Shown in pieces: positions 9,027 to 18,887 of a DNA stretch of 64,000 nucleotides; position 1 is the first letter of the stretch, and the number at the start of each line of letters is the position of its first letter. The translations under genes were made by a program, and so were the position numbers. Below the pieces are notes generated by a model. The model saw nothing but the letters and a program-made list of their open reading frames with translations. It was not told the origin of the DNA and did not search any database. The stretch is from positions 186,001 to 250,000 of the forward strand of contig OW569374.1 in assembly GCA_937625935.1 (NCBI GenBank). Reading direction: 5' to 3'. The stretch comes from Tetramitus jugosus. Lineage: Eukaryota > Protista > Heterolobosea.

Positions 9027-11474
9027 CTAAATTACAAAGGAGCACTTGTCATCGACAATGCGCATCCCGTGCATTTCATATTCATTCCGGTTAATCCAAA
9101 GCTTTTTAGCGCTTTCAATGTACGACAGAGCCAATCCACCATTCCAACTCATGAATCTTGGATCCATATTCTTATCTCTGTCATTTGTCAGTATCGTAAT
9201 TTTGATTTGCTTCCCTTCGTTCTTTTTCGAATAATACTCGAACAGTCGGCGTTCGAGAATCTGTTTCATACCCTTTATGTGGGATAGACCGCCAGTCAAT
9301 AAGAGGGTAATGGATATGACCTTCTTTTTGGCGGCTTTCGATTCTACTTCCATCTTTGAGGATTTTAGCAACCTAATAATGGCTCGATCCAGGGCAAGAG
9401 CTGTCTTAAGCTTGCCTTTGCCACTTTTGCTTGATCCTTCTTCATTATCTTGTGCTGTACTTTGTTCAGACGATTTCTTCTTGTCAGACTTCTTAGTGCC
9501 GCTCTTCTCTTTCTTCTTGTCTGAAGATTTCTTCTTCTTTGATCCCTTCTTCTCTAGCTTTGGTTTTTTGGCCTCTGGTTCTACCATTGCAGCTTGATCA
9601 TTCGTACTTGTAGGAGGAGCATTCAAGGAGGACAATAGATCTTCAGATGCAATATTCAGGTATGGATTATGCTCCCTCTCTAATAGTTTACATTCTCTGC
9701 CAAACAATTTTGGATAAAAGTAAGCAAGAGGAGCAAGAAGCAGCGGATCTCCCAACATCAGCGTATGAATCATCTTTCTGTGAATGAAATCAACTTGTTG
9801 AAACAACTCTGCACCCGTTTCGTCCAAGTGACAAAATTCGTTACGAATCTGTTCCAGGTGATACCGGTCCTCTAAATCGTCAAAAGAATACGCTAATCCC
9901 TCTGGAATACCGCACTGCTCCATAATCCATAACAGCAGTTTTGAAACATGAACTCCACCGTAGGGAAGCTCGGATCTCGAAACCACATCACCTGATTCCA
10001 CGAGTGCCAACGTCGTTTTTGTTTCACCCATATCCACGACACAGATATCATTCAGTGGTACACCGGCACCATACACTGCACTCACAGACTCCTTGTGAAT
10101 CAGAGCCTGCTTGAATCCCAACCGAAGAAACACCACATCCAGTAAATATTTCAATTCGAGGCCTCCACCCTGTTCAATACACTCGTCCGGCAATATCAAA
10201 ACCAATTTCGAGTCGTGAATCTGTTGTCGATTCATTTTCAATCCATTTTTGATAATGTAGAACAATATTGCCTCTATTAAATCACACGACTTGGTCAATG
10301 AATCTGTTGTGTGCATGGCGTATTGAGAAGATGCTTGCGTGTCCAACACTGTTAATTTTCCACTGACAAACGGATAGTACAATTCATATTTTTGATTCAC
10401 TTCAATATCACTCGTACTGCTAGTTCCACTACTACCAGTAGTATTTTCACCCGTATTCGTGTTCGGATCATTGCTCGTTGCAGCTACATCACTATTTGAA
10501 GCAACAGCATTCGTAGTAGTCGTAGTATTAGTAGTAGTAGTAGAATTCATCATCATGACTCGTTCAATCGCTCTCTTTCCAAACAATGCACCACTAATGA
10601 TTTGATCACCAGGATTCTTCATCATATTATTCATTGCTCTTCTCATCATCAACATTGAATTCTGTCTCTGTTGCTGTTGCTTCTGTTGAGCATAGAGTGG
10701 CACTGGATCACTCACACGAGTAATCTCTTCAAAATAAACATTGGACTGTTCACTGGGCACGACTGCTGCTGCTGTCGATGATGACGATGATTTTGATGAT
10801 GATTTTTTCGAAGATGATGATGACGATTTTTTCACAGAGTCATCACGTGGAATAATACCTCTATTCATGAGCAACATGGCTCTCACTCGCAAAATTTCAT
10901 TGAGTCGTAAATTCTCCGACTTTAAGTGATAACTCTTTTTTGATTGTTTTTGTTCGTGTTCCTGTTGTGAAAGTTCAGAGAGTGCATGATGATCAGATAT
11001 TTGCTGTTGTTGCTGCTGTTGTTGTTGACTTGTGATCAATAGAGGAGAGAATTTGGGTATAGCAACACAGTTTTCAATGGTTTGTGGACCAATAAAGTCT
11101 TCATTGGTACCAAAACGAATTTCCTTGGATCCAATGTGTATGACAATGACAGTGCCATTGTTGTTGTTGTTCGCTTCATGATCTGCTAAAGTTGAAGTTG
11201 ATTGATTGGTTAATGTTGTTTCATCTTGTGTTGTTGTTGTTGTTGATGGTGATGATAATGATGATGGTGTTGATAATGTTGTTGGTGTTTGTGATTGTTG
11301 TTCAGGTGATGATGAAGCGCGCTTTCGTTTGAGCTTATTAGGTGTAGTGGTGGTGGTGATGTTGGGAATGTCGTTTGTGTTTGGTGGTGGTGTAGATGGT
11401 GTTGCGACGTCAATTGTTGTTGTGGCTGTCGCTGTGGTAAGAGCTGTATCAGTGGATGATGAAGTGTTGGACAT
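9027..11474 (-). CDS. ARP8: Actin-related protein 8 (INO80 complex)
   Basis: VIVIHIGSKEIRFG, HKESVSAVYGAG, CVVDMGETKT, LLTGG, and an Arp8-type C-terminus (KNMDPRFMSWNGG...LWI...CSFVI), with long low-complexity insertions. Confidence 0.9.
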   Translation of the reverse strand: MSNTSSSTDTALTTATATTTIDVATPSTPPPNTNDIPNITTTTTPNKLKRKRASSSPEQQSQTPTTLSTPSSLSSPSTTTTTQDETTLTNQSTSTLADHEANNNNNGTVIVIHIGSKEIRFGTNEDFIGPQTIENCVAIPKFSPLLITSQQQQQQQQQISDHHALSELSQQEHEQKQSKKSYHLKSENLRLNEILRVRAMLLMNRGIIPRDDSVKKSSSSSSKKSSSKSSSSSTAAAVVPSEQSNVYFEEITRVSDPVPLYAQQKQQQQRQNSMLMMRRAMNNMMKNPGDQIISGALFGKRAIERVMMMNSTTTTNTTTTTNAVASNSDVAATSNDPNTNTGENTTGSSGTSSTSDIEVNQKYELYYPFVSGKLTVLDTQASSQYAMHTTDSLTKSCDLIEAILFYIIKNGLKMNRQQIHDSKLVLILPDECIEQGGGLELKYLLDVVFLRLGFKQALIHKESVSAVYGAGVPLNDICVVDMGETKTTLALVESGDVVSRSELPYGGVHVSKLLLWIMEQCGIPEGLAYSFDDLEDRYHLEQIRNEFCHLDETGAELFQQVDFIHRKMIHTLMLGDPLLLAPLAYFYPKLFGRECKLLEREHNPYLNIASEDLLSSLNAPPTSTNDQAAMVEPEAKKPKLEKKGSKKKKSSDKKKEKSGTKKSDKKKSSEQSTAQDNEEGSSKSGKGKLKTALALDRAIIRLLKSSKMEVESKAAKKKVISITLLLTGGLSHIKGMKQILERRLFEYYSKKNEGKQIKITILTNDRDKNMDPRFMSWNGGLALSYIESAKKLWINRNEYEMHGMRIVDDKCSFVI

Positions 11475-11601
11475 TAGTTTCTTTGTTTTTGATGGAGGTA
11501 AATAAAAAATTGGGCGGGAGATTTTCTCTCAAAATAGTTCCAGGTTGAAATTCTTCTGGCCATCTGATAAGCAAACAAACAACAACATCAAGAGCATTCA
11601 A

Positions 11602-12591
11602 ATGAACAAGATGGTGTTATCTGTAAGAACAAGCAAGATCCTCTTATATTTGATGTTATTGATGGTCGTGATCTCATCGCAGGTCTCTGCCAGATCCGTT
11701 GAACAGAACATCCCAATAATTAGAGGGGAATCAAGCAAGAGCATAAAGCCAATTGTATTGTGGCATGGAATGGGCGACTCTTGTTGCTTTTCATTTAGTA
11801 TGGGACGTATCGAGCAACTGATCAAGGAGGAAGTGAAGCGATTGACGAACGAAACAGTGTTCATTCATAGTATCAAAATTGGTGATTCACTTGTATCAGA
11901 TGTGGTTCACTCCTATCTGTACGATGCTAATGATTATGTGAATGAAGGTTGTAAGCAATTGGCTGCCATACCTGAGCTCGCCAATGGATTCAACGGTATT
12001 GGATTCTCACAGGGATCTCAATTCTTGAGAGCCTATGTACAAAGGTGCAATTCTCCTCCCATGCACAACCTGATCAGTATTGGTGGCCAACATCAGGGTG
12101 TATATGGCTTGCCAAGATGTCCTGGAGTGAACTCGACGCTGTGTGAGTATGCAAGAGAGTTGTTGGACATTGGTGCTTATGTTTCATTTGTTCAGCATCA
12201 ATTGATTCAGGCACAGTATTGGCATGATCCATGGAACAATAATTTGTACTTGAACAAGAGTAACTTCCTCGCAGACATCAACAATGAACGACCAGTGAAG
12301 AACATGTCGTACAAGAAGAATTTAATGTCTCTGGATTCGTTCGTGATGGTCAAGTTTTTGCAAGATTCATTTGTCCAACCCATTGACAGTGAATGGTTTG
12401 GTTTCTATGAACTTGGACAAGATCATAAGGTATTGTCTCTGAGGGATACACAGCTCTACAAGGAAGATTGGCTTGGTTTGCGAGAGATGGACAAGAACGG
12501 AAAGTTACAGTTTCTGAGCAATGAAGGTGACCACTTGCGTTTCACAGATCAATGGTTCATTGATCATATCATACCAATTCTCGTTCAATGA
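11602..12591 (+). CDS. PPT1: Palmitoyl-protein thioesterase 1 (lysosomal)
   Basis: Signal peptide, PIVLWHGMGDSCC, nucleophile GFSQG, GGQHQGVYGLPRC, QAQYWHDP, FLADINNE, GDHL. First ATG is at 11602. Confidence 0.95.
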   Translation: MNKMVLSVRTSKILLYLMLLMVVISSQVSARSVEQNIPIIRGESSKSIKPIVLWHGMGDSCCFSFSMGRIEQLIKEEVKRLTNETVFIHSIKIGDSLVSDVVHSYLYDANDYVNEGCKQLAAIPELANGFNGIGFSQGSQFLRAYVQRCNSPPMHNLISIGGQHQGVYGLPRCPGVNSTLCEYARELLDIGAYVSFVQHQLIQAQYWHDPWNNNLYLNKSNFLADINNERPVKNMSYKKNLMSLDSFVMVKFLQDSFVQPIDSEWFGFYELGQDHKVLSLRDTQLYKEDWLGLREMDKNGKLQFLSNEGDHLRFTDQWFIDHIIPILVQ

Positions 12592-12796
12592 ACCAAGTAC
12601 CCACCGTACTTCCATGAATGGCGATATCCAACGACATCATAACTTGATTTTTCGTTCTTGCATGTCCTGGTTCTTCACGAACTCGCTGTCCCGCAGGCTT
12701 TCCAGCAATTTTTAGCTTCCTTCGACAAAGTCGAACCCGCCCACACAAACAAAAGACACCAAATTCAGAAAAACACACAAGTGTACATGTGAATGA

Positions 12797-15790
12797 ATGA
12801 TTAACAACGACACGACAGATATGCTTGAATCCATATCACCAACTACAACAACACCAACTACCACAGCTGCTAATTCTAACCAACATATCAATCTTTCTCC
12901 CTTCCAACAACAACAACAACAAGAGCTAGAGCAGCAGCAACAACAACAACAAGAATTGTCGTCCATCCTCATCACATCACAACACTCATCTTGTCCAACA
13001 TCACCCACAGATTTATCTCCAGCCTCATCATCACACGATTTGCACCTCCTTCAATTCTCCTCCATTCCCATCACAACAACCACCACAAGTCATCATTTTT
13101 CTCCGACAACCACACACGACAACCAAGACAACAATATCAGTCCTGCGATGCTTTCGAGTGGTGAACATGTCAATGAATCGATATCTCACATCATGATGAA
13201 AATGTCATCATCATCACCATCTCTCAATCACCACCACAACAACAACAACAACAACAACAATAACACACTCAACTATTATTTGGATCCTTATTCAACGCAT
13301 CATCAGCAGCATGTGATGCACACCATGCAGCAACATCCCAGTTATCATCAATCAACAGTGGAACGGATTGATCAAGAACCGGACGATGAAGCAGCAGCAG
13401 CAGCATTACACTCGGATGAGGATCACACGGGTGAATATGAAGTTCTCGATGCTTTTTTGTTTGATGAAGAGAACAATGATTATGCAACATCAAGCAACAA
13501 CAACAATAACAGTGATCACATTGAGAATAAGAATCATCATCATTATCATCATCATCATCATCATAGTCCCGTAGGATTATCGTCTTCACTATCGACACCT
13601 TCGACAGCAGAAGCTTATTTTTTTGATCCTACTGGAGAACATCAACAGCAACCACCCTTACAGCAACACGAGTTCACTGACACTCATCACCATCATCCTC
13701 ATCATGACATGATGGAAACAATGATGGAAGCAATGCAACAACATCAACAAAATTTTCATGATCATCTCTATGTATCAACCAATCACAATACGAATACGGC
13801 GATATCTGTCTCACCACCAAACTCGCATGCATCATCGTCATCATCATCATCATCACCAGCATTTCATGTCGTGTATCCTGACTCTGATCTCATTCCACAA
13901 CATCACCACCAGCAACAACAACAACAACAACAACAGTATCATGTACCATCGAGCAATATGCACCATCATGCGCATGCAATGGATATGAACTCCTATGTAT
14001 CATCACAAAATGTGGCACCCAATGCAATGACAATGGCACCTCATGTACAACAATCATCACCATCTGCATCACCTCCCATACTCATTCCATCATCTCACCT
14101 TCACCAGCATCACCAGCATCATCATAGTCAATCGATAGCTTCTCCACTTGTGTTCGCTCCGACAATGAATTCTCATCATCAGCATCATCAACATGTGACT
14201 ACTCCTTCACCTATACCACACCATCATCATCATCATCATCATCACCATACTCAACCTCAACATGCATATATTTCTCATCATCACGTTGTTCAACCAACAC
14301 CATATTCAACCTATCAAACAGGTGAGTATGACCAACCGAACATGTCTTATGTGCAATCATCACCCACTCTTCTCTCGTCTACTGCTGCAAACAGTACATC
14401 TGTATTTAGTAATCATCAACATCAGACAATGCATCATCAACAAGTCTATTCCGATGCACAACAGCAGCAGCAGCATCTCATGGTCCCTCATGCATTTTCT
14501 GTTGCTCATTCTGGTCCCAACAATGCATCAACAGCAACAACGGTTGGTACGACAATGAGCACCACATCTTTTGCTTCCTCTGTGGATGCGTTTGTTGCAG
14601 CATCTCAGCAAGCGTCCATGTCAGTGACCACTAATGTCAACATGATACCATCAGATAATCATCCCGTGGCACAATACTCGTTTGTAGGAAGTAATGGTCA
14701 CGGTCATCATCATTCCTATCAACCCAATGCGAGTCCTTCGCCTCATCCTCATCAGTCCATGTTGAATCCACCACCAGGTAATCTCTTGTCAACAACAACA
14801 ACAGCAAACAATTGTACATTTTCGCAACAAATGCAATCGACAGCAGTGTCGTTACAAGCCACTCCATCGTCAATGCCCTCTGTGTCATCCTCTGTATCGT
14901 CTCTCATGCAGTCTGCAACTCCCTCGCCAGCAAGTCACTTGATAGACGCGGGGTATCAGATGCACAGCTTGGGTCAAAACTCAATTGTTCCCTCGGATTC
15001 AATGGTATGTTCATGGAACAAGCAAATACAGCAGAATAAGAACAGCAGCAATAATAATATCATGCAACAGGGGCAAATATCAATGAATGACAAGTTTAGC
15101 ATGCTTGAGACTTCTGCGTCGAATTTGAATGCGCCACTGTCCATGTCTCCTGTGATCCAACTGCAATCTGCTTCTTCATCCAACACGAATAACACAATGC
15201 CTGCATGTTGCTATCTGCACAATAGAGAGCTCAATGAAAAACGGGTATTGATTCCTGTGAATCGATCCACGGAACGTGTGCTTGTCAATCGGAGACAAGC
15301 ATCACGGATTCTTGAGAGAAGAGCAGTGAGAGAGAAGTATTTAAATCTGCATGGTAGGAGCAAACGAGATGGATACATGCATCAATCGAGACACTCACAT
15401 GCACTGAAGAGAGATCGTGATTCATCTGGTAGATTCCTCAAGAAGGATCCAGTGCCAACCGTACCTGCACCCTCACCCACCACAACCAGTAACACCGGTA
15501 CTTCTCCACCACCAGTTTCGTTGGGAGAAGGTGCTCGACCTGCTACTCCAAAAAAACAACTTGACCTGCCACCGGCTCTTGTACAGTTTGCTCAGTCGAC
15601 AGTGAACCCAACTACACTTCCATTCAATCTCTTCTCAATGCCGAACAACATACCACCTTACAAGAATCGCAACTCCTCGAAGATTGATGACACAATCAAG
15701 AACGAAAAGATCGTTTTGCTGCCAGAAACAGTTGTAGTCGAGCCAGTTCAGAACAATCGAGCAAGTTCGCTGACGACAAGTAAAAAATGA
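12797..15790 (+). CDS. NFYA: NF-YA/HAP2 (CCAAT-binding factor subunit) domain protein with very long His/Gln/Ser-rich N-terminus
   Basis: VLVNRRQASRILERRAVR...YMHQSRHSHALKRDRDSSGRFL matches the NF-YA A1/A2 core. Confidence 0.85.
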   Translation: MINNDTTDMLESISPTTTTPTTTAANSNQHINLSPFQQQQQQELEQQQQQQQELSSILITSQHSSCPTSPTDLSPASSSHDLHLLQFSSIPITTTTTSHHFSPTTTHDNQDNNISPAMLSSGEHVNESISHIMMKMSSSSPSLNHHHNNNNNNNNNTLNYYLDPYSTHHQQHVMHTMQQHPSYHQSTVERIDQEPDDEAAAAALHSDEDHTGEYEVLDAFLFDEENNDYATSSNNNNNSDHIENKNHHHYHHHHHHSPVGLSSSLSTPSTAEAYFFDPTGEHQQQPPLQQHEFTDTHHHHPHHDMMETMMEAMQQHQQNFHDHLYVSTNHNTNTAISVSPPNSHASSSSSSSSPAFHVVYPDSDLIPQHHHQQQQQQQQQYHVPSSNMHHHAHAMDMNSYVSSQNVAPNAMTMAPHVQQSSPSASPPILIPSSHLHQHHQHHHSQSIASPLVFAPTMNSHHQHHQHVTTPSPIPHHHHHHHHHHTQPQHAYISHHHVVQPTPYSTYQTGEYDQPNMSYVQSSPTLLSSTAANSTSVFSNHQHQTMHHQQVYSDAQQQQQHLMVPHAFSVAHSGPNNASTATTVGTTMSTTSFASSVDAFVAASQQASMSVTTNVNMIPSDNHPVAQYSFVGSNGHGHHHSYQPNASPSPHPHQSMLNPPPGNLLSTTTTANNCTFSQQMQSTAVSLQATPSSMPSVSSSVSSLMQSATPSPASHLIDAGYQMHSLGQNSIVPSDSMVCSWNKQIQQNKNSSNNNIMQQGQISMNDKFSMLETSASNLNAPLSMSPVIQLQSASSSNTNNTMPACCYLHNRELNEKRVLIPVNRSTERVLVNRRQASRILERRAVREKYLNLHGRSKRDGYMHQSRHSHALKRDRDSSGRFLKKDPVPTVPAPSPTTTSNTGTSPPPVSLGEGARPATPKKQLDLPPALVQFAQSTVNPTTLPFNLFSMPNNIPPYKNRNSSKIDDTIKNEKIVLLPETVVVEPVQNNRASSLTTSKK
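12830..14480 (+). repeat. Dense trinucleotide microsatellites (CAA/AAC/CAT/TCA) encoding poly-Q/N/H/S
   Basis: Directly visible runs such as (aac)n near 13237-13260 and (cat)n near 13535-13565 and 14222-14245. Confidence 0.9.
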
Positions 15791-15857
15791 ACACATACCA
15801 AAAAACAGTTTTACGCCCTATCTCGACCAACAACCAAACAGCAACCAAAGACGTCTC

Positions 15858-16811
15858 ATGGCCCAACGATACCAACAACAAGAATTGATTACAATTGCCA
15901 TCCCTGCCTTTCACTTTGACCCAACAGTGAACAACTGGGTAACCTTTGTTACGCCCAACAACAACCCAAGGACAGCAACAAGCACAGGAATTGACAATGA
16001 TGAAGATGAGAGGACTCTGACTACTCTGTCGTACAATGTTTGGTTCGACCCTTTTGCACAACAAGCTCGCTATGGTGCCATCATGGACATGTGCAATCGA
16101 ATGAGACCTGATGTCCTGTGTTTTCAGGAAGCCACCAAGCCATTTTTGCAGCAATTGGAGGCACAAGAGTGGTACAGACAGAATTATGTCGCATCTGATA
16201 TCTCTCATCATTTTGGCACATTTGCAACATGGTACGGCGTGTTGATTGCAGTCAAGAAGAGTGAACCAGCTCGTTTGAATTTGGTAAACATGTACTATAG
16301 TGCGTTGCATTCGGGTATGGGCAGGACATGCTTGTCTGCTCAGGTTGCTATCGGTCAAAAGATTGTCGATGTAGGCACAGTCCACTTGGAGTCTCTGGAG
16401 AGCAAAAACCTGAGAAAGAATCAATTGACTCACATTTGTGGAAATGTGTTGAGAGTATCAGATACCGCCATTTTGATGGGCGACTTCAACTTTGATGATA
16501 AGAAAAATTGGAGCAAATCAGATACCAAGTTAGAGAATGATATCTTTCAAGATGATCCTCAAGTAAGTCAATTCAAAGATGTGTGGAGTTGCTTGAGACC
16601 CGAAGAAGAGGGCAAAACATTTGATACAACCGTCAATACAATGTTAAGACACTATGAGCGAATGAGATATGATAGGGTGATTATCAAATCCAATGAATGG
16701 AAACCTGCTAGTATTGAACTTGTGGGTAACAAGCAAATTGGTATAACAACAGACGGAAGATTCATATTTCCGAGTGATCATTTTGGATTATTTACAAGTT
16801 TTAGGTATTAA
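15858..16811 (+). CDS. TDP2: Tyrosyl-DNA phosphodiesterase 2-like EEP (exonuclease-endonuclease-phosphatase) hydrolase
   Basis: SYNVWFD, CFQE, MGR, TVHLES, GDFN, RYDR, PSDHFGL motifs. Confidence 0.82.
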   Translation: MAQRYQQQELITIAIPAFHFDPTVNNWVTFVTPNNNPRTATSTGIDNDEDERTLTTLSYNVWFDPFAQQARYGAIMDMCNRMRPDVLCFQEATKPFLQQLEAQEWYRQNYVASDISHHFGTFATWYGVLIAVKKSEPARLNLVNMYYSALHSGMGRTCLSAQVAIGQKIVDVGTVHLESLESKNLRKNQLTHICGNVLRVSDTAILMGDFNFDDKKNWSKSDTKLENDIFQDDPQVSQFKDVWSCLRPEEEGKTFDTTVNTMLRHYERMRYDRVIIKSNEWKPASIELVGNKQIGITTDGRFIFPSDHFGLFTSFRY

Positions 16812-16871
16812 GTATTAAATATTTTGCATCTTTTGTCTTTGCTCTTCGCTTTTTAGTTAACATTGATAGAT

Positions 16872-18461
16872 TTAGTCCTCTGAAGTTAGAATAGTTTTCA
16901 AATTCAGGATCAGGTCCGATTTCTTTTGGTTGGCCTTAATCTTTAACTTTTTCGCCAAGTATTGGAGGTCTCTGAAGGATTTCGTGTCCAGGTCATCCAC
17001 ACGATACTCTTCCAAGACTTCCCTCTTTCTTTTCCTCTGTGCATCTTTCTGTGCCACTACCAGTTGTTGATCGACCTCGATCTTGGCATGTAGATACACT
17101 TTGATCTGACTGTCCACATCGAGTTCAGACCATCCACTGAGGAGTTTCATTTTCTCTGGTCCACCTATTATTTTTGAGATGAGCTCCCCAAAGCTTGAAG
17201 CTGCATTCGGTTCATCCTTTCTTCTACTCCAGAACCGAGAACAGTTCCAGTGGACTCGATCAGGTCCTCGGGCACTCTTTTCTAGTCCCTCTTCCACTTC
17301 GATGCTCCTGGTTCCAATGGATATGAGATCTCCCTTTTGAAATTCATTGTCACACTCAACACAGTTTCCATCCTCATCAGTGGTCACAAAGTGCCAGTGT
17401 GTATGCTCGTGCCAAGAGTCCTGCATCCTCAACTGAACTCCATTGTTGGACTTTAAGCCATCTTGTAAATCTGTCAGTGAGAAGGCATTCCTTAATCTTT
17501 TGGTTGTCTTTTCGGTTGCTGCTTCTTCCAACGACATGGTTGATAGAGGTGTATTGGTGCTGGATGACATGGGAGTGTCATTGCCCAAAGAATAAGAGCG
17601 AACATTATGAGGAGTATGGATGGATCGATTGGTTAGTATCGAACCTGTGTGATCAGACAGGACCAACGGCTCAGGATTGTGTTGAAGGTACGATGACTGG
17701 ACTGTACCTACATTATTAGCACTGACGCTATTGCTACTTTCATTGTTTGTATTATCCCATAAAAACTGGTCAAACAGCAGATCATTGCTGAATGAACCAG
17801 TCGGTGTAAGTGTTAGTAAACAAGGACTAAGTGTATGAGAATCTAAGAAATCACTACTGTTCTGATAACTCTCATCACTGTCGTCAATGAAACCCATAGA
17901 GAAAAACTGACTATTAGAATTCGTTTGTACGTCTCCACTGTTGGAGGGAATGAGAGTGGAAGAAATAGAGTCTGATGATGAGAGTACTGGTTGATATGAT
18001 CCATTTCCTAAATGTTCATGAAGTTCTTGGTAAGACGGTGGGGTTTGGAGTTGGTTGTTCGTGGTTGGTTGTTGAATTGGAGTTTGAATACGTTGGAGTT
18101 GAGTTTGATGAGTGAATTCATTGGGGAAGTTTGAAAGAGTATTAGAATGGATTGAAGGGAAGTGAGAAGATATTGATTGTTGCTGTTGTTGTTGATGATG
18201 ATGATGCTGTAGAAGTAATTGTTGTTGCTGGTGTTGTTGTTGGAGGTGATGAGCTAGGATAGATTGATTCATTGAATAGAGGTTGTTGTTGTTGTTGTTG
18301 TTGTTGTTGTGCACAGTGGTATCGTTTGAATTTACCATGGGTAGAAAGGCCATGGATGTTTGACGTCCATTCAACATGTCACTCGATGTGGTAGTAGTGC
18401 AGTTGATGCCATATGTACCACTTTGGCGGTCTTGGAGCTTAGTGTGGTTCATGAAAGTCAT
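16872..18461 (-). CDS. Q/N-rich protein with PARP-type zinc finger and C-terminal SAP/HeH-like domain
   Basis: CVEC...KGD...HWNC...LSGWSELDVDSQIKV fits zf-PARP. NLS-like RKRKR. DDLDTKSFRDLQYLAKKLKIKANQKKSDLI is a SAP/NuSAP-N-like helix pair. Confidence 0.65.
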   Translation of the reverse strand: MTFMNHTKLQDRQSGTYGINCTTTTSSDMLNGRQTSMAFLPMVNSNDTTVHNNNNNNNNNLYSMNQSILAHHLQQQHQQQQLLLQHHHHQQQQQQSISSHFPSIHSNTLSNFPNEFTHQTQLQRIQTPIQQPTTNNQLQTPPSYQELHEHLGNGSYQPVLSSSDSISSTLIPSNSGDVQTNSNSQFFSMGFIDDSDESYQNSSDFLDSHTLSPCLLTLTPTGSFSNDLLFDQFLWDNTNNESSNSVSANNVGTVQSSYLQHNPEPLVLSDHTGSILTNRSIHTPHNVRSYSLGNDTPMSSSTNTPLSTMSLEEAATEKTTKRLRNAFSLTDLQDGLKSNNGVQLRMQDSWHEHTHWHFVTTDEDGNCVECDNEFQKGDLISIGTRSIEVEEGLEKSARGPDRVHWNCSRFWSRRKDEPNAASSFGELISKIIGGPEKMKLLSGWSELDVDSQIKVYLHAKIEVDQQLVVAQKDAQRKRKREVLEEYRVDDLDTKSFRDLQYLAKKLKIKANQKKSDLILNLKTILTSED

Positions 18462-18887
18462 TAGGGCTTCTGAATTGAACTAAATCTGATTACTTCGGTT
18501 GGTTGTATTCAAGGGCAGTGTAACGGAGAGATATGGTGGTGGATCAGGATGTTGTTTGTTTATTCTTTTCAGTTGGTTTAAAGATAAGAAAATCAGTTGG
18601 ATTACGGGTGTGGTGATGTTGGCTTTACCAGGAGAGAATATGTGATCTGTCCGAGTAGTGCGAGAGAAACAATGATTGCGTATTCGACCTTGGCAAGCTA
18701 CCGAAAAAAGCCAATTCGTGATATTCTTTCATGTTTTTCTCCTCCAGGACCAGCTTGATCGAGGATGTTTTGGTAGCCTCCCAAAGCTTGGTTGAAACGC
18801 TGGCTGTTGTTTCTCTTGGCCGAAGTGTATTCAAGTCGACATCCCCATCTTTTAGCACTTTTCCCGATTGGATCTCATTTTTCCGTG

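Noticed and set aside
15696-16433. 245-aa antisense ORF over TDP2
   Set aside because: It fully overlaps a motif-complete gene on the opposite strand and has no features of its own.
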